Of a stretch of 64,000 bases of DNA, positions 24,546 to 39,200 are shown in pieces; position 1 is the first letter of the stretch; every line of letters starts with the position of its first letter. A program made the position numbers and the translations under genes. This stretch comes from Tubiluchus corallicola. Its lineage: Eukaryota; Animalia; Priapulida. The notes beneath the pieces were generated by a model. The model made no database searches, had not been told where the DNA came from, and saw nothing but the letters and a program-made list of their open reading frames with translations. The stretch lies in NCBI GenBank assembly GCA_030141605.1, contig JAQGDQ010000389.1:143592-207591 (forward strand), given 5' to 3'.

Positions 24546-26081
24546 TTTGTCGTAAATTGTTGAATAAGCAAGAAAATGAGTAAAAAATGTTGCATGCATT
24601 ATTTGCGCAAGTCGAAAATTTTTTGCATTATTAAATTGCCCAATGCTTTTACAGTGTTACTCATAGACATGTAGAGGATTATATGCCAAGAATTCACCAC
24701 TTATGTGAAATGATAGATTTTGCAAACGAACTGTATAATATCTTGTTTAGTTAATTTTCAACAGTGTAGGATTCAAATTTAGTGCAAAAACGTATTAAAA
24801 TATAGCTTGAAATTTTTGGATTAAATATGTTCACGTATTTTGTAACATGAACTGAGTTGATCAGCCTCTTCTTATTAGTAACTAGATTGTTTTACTGAAA
24901 AGAAGGTCGTTGTTTATTATTCTAGTTTAAGTAAAATTAAAGGATCCACCTTGAGTGCATGGTAGGTAAAGTAGTATTTATTTTCGTATACATCTTCACT
25001 TTGTTGTAAGTATTGTAAATAGTCTTCTGTACATAACTACAATGTGCCATGTGTTAGTCAAATTTTCCCAATTGTGAACCCGTGTGGCGGCGTTGGAGTT
25101 TGTCGGTTTTGTCAATTAATTATGTCTGGTGTTTTGCCTTGTAAGATATTTCATACATCTGTTATCGATAATTTAATCTTGATCGCACAAAAGTGTCAAT
25201 AGATGGATTTAATGCAGAGTGAAGGGTAGTAAAATTCAATCCCAAATTTTTTGCGTCAGTTGCTTTCGGCTTTGCGTAATAAGCTTTTAATAAATCTTAT
25301 TAGTTTGTGATGGATTTGTAACTGTTCTTGGAGAATTATTTTCACAATGTCATAGATTTTGTTTTTACCACAATCATCTAACATTATTGTGGATCAGTAT
25401 TTGCAGATACTCAACTGTGCAAAAGTCGTTTTTTTCATTAGTGGACTGCTGCAATTGTACATTTAGGAAGATAGGTTTGCTATTATAATATTATTTAGAT
25501 GTAGTAAAATGCTGGTTTATCTTTATAGCTGTCATAACTTTCTTATGTGTCAATTGTACAGACCACAAGCTAAGTTATTTTTTGAAATATGTTTGTGTTT
25601 TACGTATGAATTACTTTATTACTTTATTACTAAATGGACATATCATTATCGTTACTATTGTTTCCCCACATGTTTTATGTACCGGCTTACGAGTAGGTTC
25701 TAAATGATACCAGATATCCCTGACGGTTCTCATTGTGGATAATGATTATTATCCATAAGACGGTAATGCTTGTTGATGTTTCAGCGATTGTAACTTTTAT
25801 CTTGTAATAAATTTGACTCTGCAAACTAAGCTTTTTCTTCTTGCGTGTTTTTGTGCTTTGCTGTACTTTTTGTAGTTTCCTCTCTCCTCGTGAAATAATT
25901 TGTTGGTTCTAAGTAATTTTCAGTTTAATTCTCTACCACAGGTGGCGCGGCACGTAATTCAATATGTCAGCGCCTTGTCTCTTAAACTTGTGTTGAAAGT
26001 TACAACTTGCAAATAATCGTGTTTTGCTTTTACTCACTTGAGTTGATGATTAGTCAAGTAAATACCTAAGCAACGTGTAAA

Positions 26082-29000
26082 ATGACGAATAATATGAGAA
26101 GTATCTCCAGGTTCTGCTGGAATTTTCAAAGTTATTGCTCAAAAGTCGATCCAAATGCTGTTGGCATGTTAAACAGACTTAAAAGGTTTGGATACTGTAG
26201 CGTTGCTAACGCAAGCCAAGCTGTACCAAACGATAAGTGTGACAAAACTGCCAAAGTGTGGAGTTGTGATGCTCCGAGATTTGGGCATCTAAAACTGCGC
26301 TCATCGTGTCATGTGAATGTAATTCCCTTCGTTTTAGATAGCCCACCATACAAAGATAAGGTAGTTTGTAAATTATGTAAATCAGACGGTGATGAAATTA
26401 GTGAACACAGTTGGATGGATCACGTAGAACTGAGTTTAGAAACAAAACACTCAGAAGACGACGGTTTTCTGCAAATAATTGGAAGAATAATGAAAAAGTC
26501 GACTGAATGTATACCTCAAATTCAGCTTCAAGTTCCCCCGAAATTTGGTTAGTTTGATTAGTTTTTTTAATTTCTCATTAGTGAATAAAAAGCTGATTCT
26601 AATTAGTGTGTAATTAACATATCTCTACATGGTACATGAAGTTATTATAAAATTTGGATATACGCATATCTTTTTTTTTTGCCGGACCTCGCTTATACGG
26701 CTATCGGAACATTCAGACAGAATCTGGTCTGTTAAAAAGTCCCGCATATTAGGGACACAGTTCATTATTTTGCAAGCTGACCGCGTTGGGTGGGCCGTCA
26801 CTTTGTTTACATCAGTGCAACCACGTGTATATCTCTATGTATAAAAATATTGAATCAATTATGTGGAATTATTTGAGTCAATTGTCCACAGCTTTTACAT
26901 AGTTTTGTGTAGAGGCAACCTGCACTAGACTAAGACAAATTGGTGATTGATACTACATTACCGTGAGTCTTATACACGACGCTTACTAGCCTAGTATCGG
27001 TAAATACGAACAATCGGCAAATTTGGACTGACAACTGCCTTCTTTGTCTGGCAAACCAAGATATGAGTGTATTAAGACGTTTTACAGATATAGATAAATA
27101 AACGGTTGACTAATAACGTTACACAGACACACGCAGTATAAATTAAAGATTAAACAAAGCTGACTGGTACATGAAACTAATACAGACTACATTTACAATG
27201 TTGATTATACTATTTTTATAAGCCTATTTTGTTTAACTGAAATTTCAATACATTGTTACAAAGTTACATGGAGAATAGACTTACAAATACCATAACAGAC
27301 ACACGAATCAACAATTTAAATGGAACAAAGCTGGTGTACATACATTATTAGCATATATATCAATTTCATTCGTAAAAGATGGGTGTTTTAATAATGTTTA
27401 GTTAGACAGACATGTCATTTCACAGATACTAAATTTTACAGAATATAGATGACGTATTGCATATTTCAATGATGCAATGACAAATAGATTTAATCTTGAG
27501 TTCATATCATAAAGACGACACTCAAGTTTATAATTTAAGAGAGCTGACTAACATACAACGATTACAACATTAACACAAGTCCACTGTTCCCGCAGAATTT
27601 GAAAATAAATTTCCCTGACTTCTCCATGGCTTTTCCCTGACCAAATATTGATTTTTTCATGACCAAGAGAACCAGAAATTGCATTACCAACATACATATT
27701 CGAACATCTTTGTGTATGGACATTCATACATATACTGATATATAATGTGTTGGCACCGTTACATTAGTGCTAACGAAATTACACTAATCACATTAAACAA
27801 ACTTTCTTCGCTATTTTTGGAACACAAATTGAAACTGTGAACCTGCCATTGCAAAATTTTATTTGAACACGAATCGCTGAAAATTATGTTTGGAAAAGTA
27901 TCGGTTCATGTTGATGATTTTTGCAACACTTTCCAATTTCCTTGACTTTTCTCGCAATCATTTTCCGTGACTTTTTACCAAATTAATTTTTTCCATGACT
28001 TTACATGATAGCCTGTATTTTCCAGGATTTTTCCCAGACTGTGAAAACCCTGCAAGTCATAATTTCACTTATCAGATCAGAGGTAACATGAAATTGTCTC
28101 TAATTAAATTAGCAAAAGCAGCAGTGGAACTTTTTCTACTATAAAAACATAATTTTCATCTAAAGTTGAAAAAATGTTGATAAAATTCTATCTTAATTTT
28201 TAATAAACTAACTTGCAACCAAATGACACTTGATGAAGGTTGTGATGAATGGTGATGGACATGCAGTGAAGTATATAGCTGAGTGGTCACGACAATGTCC
28301 TTGGTGACTGAAGTTAAGAATAGGACCGAAGCTAGTCAGTTAATTGGATGGGTCAGCACTTGCTTTGGATCATTTCCTTCACCATCTTGATTTTGGCTGT
28401 TTATCCTATAGAGAGAGGATGTATTCACATTGGTGGTGTTCACTAAGACACCTCTGTTGGTTCACTGGCTCATTTTAGAGGCATAACTTTGTTAATTTGT
28501 CTGATTCTTATCGTGAACAACATGAAATGCGGGTTCCGGAACATTCCTGTAATGATACATTATTGCATCTTTTACTTCAATCTGTGTATCGCCAAACCGC
28601 ACCCACATTGCAACTAGTATACTGAAATATGGTTCGATTCGAATTCAAAATTCACAAATACGATTCGTTTCATGATAGAGAATGCTTGCCCCTAGTGGTA
28701 ACAGTAAACTAAACTCAATTCAATTCGATTCATTTATTAACCCCTCAAGAATTAACAAAATACAGTATTAGGAATACATGCAATTACATAACAAAGGAGA
28801 AGGGCAGCGAAGAACACGTAGGTTATCTAGTCAGCCACCCTTAACTAGCAACGACTAAGTAAAATTAATTTTGGCACCGTTTTCAATTTAAATTGGAATT
28901 CTGTTCACGTATGTAATTGGCAATTAACTGATGGGAAATGCAGTATTGTAGGACATTATAATTGAAATAACCAAAAATTTACAATTCTAAAATACTGTAC

Positions 29001-32000
29001 TAAATGGGTTGCCTTTTCCTTTAATTACGCAAAGAGTAGTATTCATGCGTTGTTTGCTGTGCAATGTCTTTATTCAACAAATTAGCAAATTTTTGCTGTC
29101 CGGCGTGTAAAGTTTATCACGAATTTTACATTTCTAGATCTACATCTGTCCATGGATGATACGAGTCATTTAACCATTGAAAACATGGAGGGTAATCAGT
29201 GTGCTGTGAAAATGAAGAGTGGCAAATGCACTTTGAAAAACTTGAAGGTAAAATGGAAGAAGTTCTCTTATAAAAATCTTTGTAGTTTTTCAAATAGTTA
29301 GTTAAATTTGGGTAAGAAAAGTTGTGGATTAAATTAAAAATGAGATTTGCATTAACGCTTCAAGTGTTGTTTATTGCGACCTTGAAGGGGAACGTCTTTC
29401 TTGTCTATAACCTACATAAATGTCAACCGCTGTTAATTAAAATTAATATTAAGTAAACTGTAGTTTAAATAATTTGTACCAAGTGGTGTGGCTCAGTGTT
29501 AGCATGCTCGCTTACCACCCTGGAGGTCGTGGGTTCAACTCTCGCCGAGTCATTCCAAAGACTTCAAAAATGGTACCGCTGGTTTTTCGATCAAGCACGC
29601 GGGTTTATTTAACTAACGTGAAAGTAATAATAATCTGAACCACCGTGGAACCACGCCAACTAACGACAAATGAGGGCTTTGAAATTGAAGTTGAGACATC
29701 CTGGACCTGAGTAATGATGGATAAGTGATAGTTGAAAGAACTGCTTCTGTGCTGTTTGTCCTTGCGCATGCACATTTTACACTGTTAGATCTATAAAGGT
29801 TAAAAACAATGCACAGTTTACACTGTGAGATCTATGTAGGTTTAAAACAATGCACAGTTTGCACTTCTAGATCTATATAGGTTAAAAACAATGCACAGTT
29901 TACACTGTGAGATCTATGTAGGTTTAAAACAATGCACAGTTTGCACTTCTAGATCTATATAGGTTAAAAACAATGCACAGTTTACACTGTGAGATCTATA
30001 TAGGTTTAAAACAATGCACAGTTTACACTGTGAGATCTATATAGGTTTAAAACAATGCACAGTTTGCACTCCTAGATCCATATAGGTTAAAAACAATGCA
30101 CAGTTTACACTGTGAGATCTATATAGGTTTAAAACAATGCACAGTTTGCACTCCTAGATCTATGTTTGGTGGCTCCATCTGTATGTGAATATGTTGATGT
30201 TTAGTGGCTCTATCTGTATGTGAATATGTTGATGTTTGGTGGCTCCATCTGTAGGTGAATATGTTAATGTTTGGTGGCTCCATCTGTATGTGAATATGTT
30301 GATGTTTGTTGGCTCCATCTATAGGTGAATATGTTAATGTTAAACAAATGTCTTACATTTTTCAGATTGGTGATGTTCAGGTTACCAGTCAAGGTGGAGA
30401 CATCATCACGACCGTAATTCAAGGTAACGTAACTCTTCGTGGACACGGCAACGGGGTAAGATTGCTTCGTCTGTAACAGCAACATTACTTCTGCAGTCGT
30501 TCTGATTGAGTATGTGTCAGGGTTCCCACACACAGTCAGAGAAAATCCTGGAGAGCCTGGAAATACAGGCTAACCTGGAAAGTAGTAGAAAAGTCCAGGG
30601 GACACATAATTTGATAAAAAGTCAGGAAATGTGATGAAAATGGTGCAGAAAATCAGGGAAATTGGAAAGGGTTACAAAAGCAATAAACGTGAACAGATAT
30701 TTTTCAAACTTTTTTTCAGCATTTCCGTTTGAAATAAAATTTTGCTATAGCAGGCTCACGGTTTCGATTTCTGTTCCAAAAATAATGATAGGCCGACACA
30801 TTATATATCAGTATATGAATGAATGTCCATACGCAAAAATGTGTATAGTACTGTTTACTGTTAGTACAATTTCTGCTTATCTTGGTCATGGAAAATTATT
30901 ATTTTGGTCAAGAAAAAGTCAGGAAAATTTATTTTAAAATTTTGTGGGAACCCTGTAGTCTCTGTCTAACCAATGAATGATAAAATGTGTGTAACAGCAA
31001 AAAAACTAGTTATGCAAATGCAAAATTGTGTTTCAACTTTAATAATTCTTTCATGTAAGTCATTGTTAAAAAGCAATATGTTTCGGTATTCTATACATTA
31101 GATTTTTTTGAGCTTTTGGTTAAGATTTGGGTCCAGTTTTCAATCATGTTTTGATTAAAGTCATGCATACATTTACAAATGACATGATGAGTTAAAAAAA
31201 CTAAAATTTAAGCTTGGCATGATGCATCAATGCGATTACCATCTGAAAAACAATTTTTACTAGTAAGTTAAAGCATCTTACAGGCTGGATCTTAAAACAA
31301 ATTTATGTTATCCTATTTCCAATTTGTTTCAAACTGCAGAGCTCAGTAAGTTAAAGGAAGACAGGATAATTTTTCGTATGCTACCCCATTTTCAAGTCCG
31401 ATGAATACATTTTAACGCAATTAATACTGCAAAAGTGTTTCTGATAATTAAATAATAGATTAAAATCTTAATTAATGGCGGAAGAACTATTGACGACATC
31501 ACAAACTAACATAATTTTCAACAGCAGAAATATTCCACGAGAGTGTTGCACGTGTTTGCAAAAGTGAAAATTGAAGTACAGTGCTACTGTAAGATATTCT
31601 GTGTGTTGTACTAAAACTAGACAAGTTTTAAGACAAAAATTCAAATTTCAAATTTACCACCGTGCTCAAGCATGAGCTGCCGCACACTTGCAATTCGTCA
31701 CAAGCTAACGCATCTAAACTGAAAGGAGGAGCACCTGTTTTTTATGCAGTGGCATTTCTGAAATGCTGACGCTAGTGCCAGTCTAACTTACGAATGGCAA
31801 AATGCACGTAACAGCGAAGAACTAGTGGCATGAACGTGAAATTGTGTTGTGGTAATGATTCTTTCATACGAGTCATTCTTGAAAAAATAGTACGTTTCCT
31901 TTCAATATTTTAATGAGTAGATTGTTTTGACCTACAGTTTAAGATTGGGTCCGGTTTTGCTTTAATTATCTTCCTGTTAATTTTTCATTTTCTTTCTCCT

Positions 32001-35000
32001 GTTCTAATTTTAAGTCTCCTTTATTTTGCAGGAACAGATAATTGACTGATCAACTGTCTAATTCAAGTTGCTTTTTTTCCAGAATATAGTTGTTGATAGA
32101 GTTCAGGGCAGCAAAATATCATTTACAACAGAAAATGGCAGTATCAACGGTAGGGCGGTGTATGCAGATGCATCAAAGTTTCTCACACTCTGTGGTGCTA
32201 TACGCTTAGGTAAGTTTGTGTGCAGATGCAGCAAAGTTTCTTACACTCTGTGGTGCTATACGCTTAGGTAAGTTTGTGTGCAGATGCATCAAAGTTTCTT
32301 ACACTCTGTGGTGCTATACGCTTAGGTAAGTTTGTATGCAGATGCATCAAAGTTTCTTACACTCTGTGGTGCTATACGCTTAGGTAAATTTGTATGCAGA
32401 TGCATCAAAGTTTCTTACACTCTGTGGTGTTATACGCTTAGGTAAGTTTGTATGCAGATGCATCAAAGTTTCTTACACTCTGTGGTGCTATACGCTTAGG
32501 TAAGTTTGTATGCAGATGCATCAAAGTTTCTCACACTCTGTGGTGCTGTACGCTTAGGTAAGTTTGTGTGCAGATGCAGCAAAGTTTCTTACACTCTGTG
32601 GTGCTGTACGCTTAGGTAAGTTTGTATGCAGATGCAACAAAGTTTCTTACACTCTGTGGTGCTATACGCTTAGGTAAGTTTGTATGCAGATGCAGCAAAG
32701 TTTCTCACACTCTGTGGTGCTATACGCTTAGGTAAGTTTGTATGCAGAGGTAGCAAAGTTTCTCACACTCTGTGGTGCTGTACGCTTAGGTAAGTGTGTA
32801 TGCAGATGCAGCAAAGTTTCTCACACTCTGTGGTGCTGTACGCTTAGGTAAGTTTGTATGCAGAGGCAGCAAAGTTTCTCACACTCTGTGGTGCTATACG
32901 CTTAGGTAAGTGTGTATGCAGATGCATCAAAGTTTCTTACACTCTGTGGTGCTGTACGCTTAGGTAAGTTTGTATGCAGAGGCAGCAAAGTTTCTCACAC
33001 TCTGTGGTGCTGTACGCTTAGGTAAGTGTGTATGCAGATGCATCAAAGTTTCTTACACTCTGTGGTGCTGTACGCTTAGGTAAGTTTGTATGCAGAGGCA
33101 GCAAAGTTTCTCACACTCTGTGGTGCTATACGCTTAGGTAAGTGTGTATGCAGATGCAGCAAAGTTTCTCACACTCTGTGGTGCTGTACGCTTAGGTAAG
33201 TGTGTATGCAGATGCAGCAAAGTTTCTTACACTCTGTGGTGCTATACGCTTAGGTAAGTTTGTGTGCAGATGCAGCAAAGTTTCTCACACTCTGTGGTGC
33301 TGTACGCTTAGGTAAGTTTGCAATGCAGATGCATCAAAGTTTCTTGCACTCTGTGGTGCTATACGCTTAGGTAAGTTTGCAATGCAGATGCATCAAAGTT
33401 TCTTACACTCTGTGGTGCTATACGCTTAGGTAAGTTTGTGTGCAGATGCAGCAAAGTTTCTTACACTCTGTGGTGCTATACGCTTAGGTAAGTTTGTGTG
33501 CAGGTGCAGCAAAGTTTCTTACACTCTGTGGTGCTGTACGCTTAGGTAAGTTTGTATGCAGATGCAGCAAAGTTTCTCACACTCTGTGGTGCTGTACGCT
33601 TAGGTAAGTTTGTATGCAGATGCAGCAAAGTTTCTCGCACTCTGTGGTGCTGTACGCTTAGGTAAGTTTGTATGCAGGTGCAGCAAAGTTTCTTGCACTG
33701 TGTGGTGCTATACGCTTAGGTAAGTTTGTATGCAGGTGCAGCAAAGTTTCTTACACTCTGTGGTGCTATACGCTTAGGTAAGTTTGTATGCAGATGCAGC
33801 AAAGTTTCTTACACTCTGTGGTGCTATACGCTTAGGTAAGTGTGTATGCAGATGCAGCAAAGCTTCTTACACTCTGTGGTGCTGTGCACTTGGGTAAGTT
33901 TGTGTGCAGATGCAGCAAAGTTTCTCACACTCTGTGGTGCTGTGCACTTGGGTAAGTTTGTATGCAGATAAGTTTGTAAGTAAACAAGTAATTGCTCATA
34001 TTAAATATTAAGTATATTAAATATTAGTTTTATTTCTACACGAGCATGCACATGTGGGCACACATACATACACTCACGCACACATATGTGTGCACACAAT
34101 CATAAATAAGCATGTACTTATATTTAGAAACCAGTTTTCACAAAGGACAGAATACTAACCCATAATATGCAATCATTTTACAAAAATGCAGAAAATTTAA
34201 CTAAACATGCGTTTCATCAACGATCTACAAGTGATTTTACGTGGGAACATACCATACAGTACTGCATTGTGGAATGAACCTGGCTTCAGATGCTGATTGG
34301 CTGGTTTGCATTATTTGTTGCAAAACAACCCCAATCCCACGGCTGTTAAACTTTTCTATAATATTTTTTCATAGCCGTAGCAGTGAAATAAACACACCTG
34401 GATGGCTGTGCTTAGCGCTGAGCTTGTGCGGTAGTGTGCCGCATTCGGCAGTGAAAGGGTTAATGCTATGAATTTGTGATAAACCCTGTTTCTATCCTGT
34501 TTCCATCCATGGAAACATTTCTGCTTTTGATCAAGTCAGTTGATTTTGTTTTTGTAAGCCTTTGTACGTGTTTGACTTTGCTTTGTGTGCTCTTTTGAGT
34601 AAAAACTTTTTAAATTTTGATTGTTTTGGACACGAAGTAATTCCTGAATTTTAAAAACGTTTTTCTCGTTTAGATAATCTCCACGGTCATGCAAATATGA
34701 GAGTCGACGAAGTTGCTCCGATTAAGATAGGTGAGCAGGTATTCTCTTTTGCTTTCTACAGCTGCTTTAATGTACGAGTTGTGCGTAACTTTTCCATGTG
34801 ACAGAAATATAATAAACAACATTAACCCTTTCATACCCGTTGTATCCCGTGGGATACGACAATATTTTCTGCCTTTAAAATTAATAAAATTTTAAAACTG
34901 ACAGTTATTTGATCTGTTAATAGTTATTTTGATTTAAGCCAATAACAATAGACTAAAAATGGTGATAAAATGGCAAACTAGAAAATCTTCATAACATAAA

Positions 35001-36155
35001 AAACTGCGCAAGTTACAGTAGTTTAGAGATGACTTTGTACAGATCAGCATAGCATGCATACTAAATGTGTTAAATACTTTAAAAAATTATCAGCAGTTGC
35101 AAAATGAAGCACATTTTATGCTTCCATTGAATCCCAATGTATCCCGCGGGATACAGGTTATATTTAGCACGCGGACACAGGCAGAAAAAGATAATTATTA
35201 TGTGTAAACAAGATGGACATACTGAACAAAGGTACCAAGCCAAAAAATTTTTTCTTATTAAAAAATAATTTGGGACTGAAAGGGTTAAATAAACAAATAA
35301 ACATTGTCTGTGATTCCGACCTACCACATAGATTTAAGGTGTTTGTTTTAAGCCTTGCTTTATAGTGATCCTGTACACTCGACTTTACAGCGGTATCTTT
35401 TCCTTTAAACAAAGTTCAAAAAGTTAGAATAATTTAAAGAATTCAATGTGCATGAAGATTCTGCATTAATTTGCATCAACGAGTTCATGGCTCTTTAAAA
35501 AAAATTTTTGTCATTATTTTTTTTAAGCTTTTTGCTAAATATGTTATGGCTTTGAAACGTCCTTAATCGTTACTAATTTCAAGTTTTATATATTTAACAA
35601 AACTCAGTCATTGTTAGATGTGTTACTTTTCTTGAAAGATTGTTAAAACTATGTTAATGGTCTATTGTACAGTACTACTGGAACATTTCTGATGTAACAA
35701 TCGTGTAGGCATGTAATGTTTTCAACGTTCAACAAGCTGAAATAATTTATTTTTAAAGGCAATACATTGTCTTTTTCTTATATGATTTGAAAGGATTTCT
35801 GTTAAATGGGCATACATATGCACATGCACACACGCACGCTCGTTCGTGCACACACACGCACGCACACTTACACATACACATGCAGTCACACACTCACACA
35901 CACACACACACACTCCTCTACACACACACACACACACACACTCACACTTTTACACACACACACACACACTTACACACACACACACACTCTTACACACACA
36001 CACACTCTTACATGCACATGCACACACACACATACACACACACACACACACTCTTACACACATACACACACACTCTTGCACACACACTTACACACACACA
36101 CACACACACTCTTACACACACACACACTCTTACACACACACACCTCTGACACACA

Positions 36156-36192
<37 letters not shown>

Positions 36193-36211
36193 TACACACA
36201 CACACACACAC

Positions 36212-36242
<31 letters not shown>

Positions 36243-39200
36243 TTACACACACACACACATCACACACACACACACTCTTACACACATCACACACACACAC
36301 ACACAATAGGGGTGACGTTCTCCACCAGAAAGCGAATTAAAATCGAATGCAATTTTTTATTATTGACCTGGAATTAAACCTAATTTCAATGTTTGCAGTC
36401 AAATTTGATTTGTATGTATTTTTGATCTTAATTTTTTTAGATGCAATACAATTAGATTTCATCAGTTGTATTCCGTAATGTTTTTCCTGGCTCCGTACCA
36501 CTACATGTGCTCAATAATATCGTCAGTACTGTGTGTTGGAATTGTTAGTTATATTGACTGTATTTGTGCAATTAGATCGAAGTGTGACATTGTTAGTATG
36601 TTGCTAATTTTAAGAGATATTTTCATTCTGTTTAGGGTCACTAGATGGCGATCTTGATGCATCTACAGGAGGAGATGTGGATATCTATGTTTCACGCACA
36701 AAAAAAGTTTCGCTGTTGTCGTCACACGGTAGGAAGAGGCGTAGCTTCAGTTTAGTTCATATTCTTGTACAAATGTGGAGTCAGTTTCTTATCAAAATCA
36801 ACATTTTCCATAATTATGTCATGAAAGTTGCTTTGTTTATGTTTTGAAAATTTATTGTGTACTGTTACGCTGTACTTTCTTACAGGCGATGTTACAGTTA
36901 CGCTGTACTTTCTTGCAGGCAATGTTACTGTTACGCTGAACTACTTTCTTACAGGCGATGTTACTGTTACGCTGTACTTTCTTACAGGCGATGTTACTGT
37001 TACGCTGTACTTTCTTACAGGCAATGTTACTGTTACGCTGTACTTTCTTACAGGCGATGTTACTGTTACGCTGTACTTTCTTATAGGCAATGTTACTGTT
37101 ACGCTATACTTTCTTACAGGCAATGTTACTGTTACGCTGTACTTTCTTGCAGGCGATGTTGCTGTTACGCTGTACTTTCTTACAGGCAATGTTACTGTTA
37201 CGCTGTACTTTCTTACAGGCGATGTTACAGTTACGCTGTACTTTCTTGCAGGCAATGTTACTGTTACGCTGAACTGTACTTTCTTATAGGCAATTTTACA
37301 GTTACGCTGTACTTTCTTACAGGCGATGTTACTGTTACACTGTACTTTCTTACAGGCAATGTTACTGTTACGCTGTACTTTCTTACAGGCAATGTTACTG
37401 TTACGCTGTACTTTCTTACAGGCGTTGTTACTGTTATGCTGTATTTTCTTACAGGTGATGTTACTGTTACGCTGTACTTTCTTACAGGCAATGTTACAGT
37501 TACGCTATACTTTCTTACAGGCGATGTTACTGTTACACTGTACTTTCTTATAGGCAATTTTACAGTTACGCTGTACTTTCTTACAGGCGATGTTACTGTT
37601 ACGCTGTACTTTCTTACAGGCGATGTTACTGTTACGCTGTACTTTCTTACGGGCGATGTTACTGTTACGCTGTACTTTCTTGCAGGCGATGTTGCTGTTA
37701 CGCTGTACTTTCTTACAGGCAATTTTACAGTTACGCTGTACTTTCTTACAGGCAATGTTACTGTTACGCTGTACTTTCTTACAGGCAATGTTACTGTTAC
37801 GCTGTACTTTCTTACAGGCAATGTTACTGTTACGCTGTACTTTCTTACAGGCAATGTTACTGTTACGCTGTACTTTCTTACAGGCAATGTTACTGTTACG
37901 CTGTACTTTCTTACAGGCAATGTTACTGTTACGCTGTACTTTCTTACAGGCGATGTTACTGTTACGCTGTACTTTCTTACAGACGATGTTACTGTTACGC
38001 TGTACTTTCTTACAGGCGATGTTGCTGTTACGCTGTACTTTCTTGCAGGCGATGTTGCTGTTACGCTGTACTTTCTTACAGGCAATGTTACTGTTACGCT
38101 GTACTTTCTTACAGGCAATGTTACTGTTACGCTGTACTTTCTTACAGGCGATGTTACTGTTACGCTGTACTTTCTTACAGGCGATGTTGCTGTTACGCTG
38201 TACTTTCTTACAGGCAATTTTACAGTTACGCTGTACTTTCTTACACAGGCGATGTTACTGTTACGCTATACTTTCTTATAGGCAATGTTACTGTTACGCT
38301 GTACTTTCTTACAGGCAATTTTACTGTTACGCTGTACTTTCTTACAGGCAATGTTACTGTTACGCTGTACTTTCTTACAGACGATGTTACTGTTACGCTG
38401 TACTTTCTTACAGGCGATGTTACTGTTACGCTGTACTTTCTTACAGGCGATGTAACTGTTACGCTGTACTTTCTTACAGGCAATGTTACTGTTACGCTGT
38501 ACTTTCTTACAGGCAATGTTACTGTTACGCTGTACTTTCTTACAGGCGATGTAACTGTTACGCTGTACTTTCTTACAGGCGATGTAACTGTTACGCTGTA
38601 CCATCTTACAGGCAATGTTACAGTTACGCTGTACTTTCTTACAGGCAATGTTACAGTTACCCTGTACTTTCTTACAGGCAATGTTACAGTTACGCTGTAC
38701 TTTCTTACAGGCAATGTTACTGTTACGCTGTACTTTCTTACAGGCAATGTTACTGTTACGCTGTACTTTCTTACAGACGATGTAACTGTTACGCTGTACT
38801 TTCTTACAGGCGATGTTACTGTTACGCTGTACTTTCTTACAGGCAATGTTACAGTTACGCTGTACTTTCTTACAGGCGATGTTACAGTTACGCTGTACTT
38901 TCTTACAGACGATGCTACTGTTACGCTGTACTTTCTTGCAGGCGATGTTACTGTTACGCTGTACTTTCTTACAGGCGATGTAACTGTTACGCTGTACTTT
39001 CTTACAGGCAATGTTACTGTTACTCTACTTTCTTACAGGCAATGTTACAGTTACGCTGTACTTTCTTACAGGCAATGTTACAGTTACGCTGTACTTTCTT
39101 CCAGGCGATGTTGCCATTAAAGTGAGTGATTCAGTAACAGGGCAGGTACAGTTGTTGGGACGTAAGGTTGTAGTTGATCCTAGTCTGAAGTTGCAGGACT

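Noticed and set aside
32158-33969. CRISPR-like appearance of regular arrays (also 41495-42705 and 47346-48425)
   Set aside because: No unique spacers, no cas genes, eukaryotic intronic context.
35722-36340. His/Thr-rich and Val/Cys-rich ORFs
   Set aside because: (CA)n microsatellite translations.
36828-39125. Long ORFs (474, 511, 317, 256 aa) on both strands
   Set aside because: They are translations of the 33-bp intronic repeat, open only because the unit is a multiple of 3; not independent genes.
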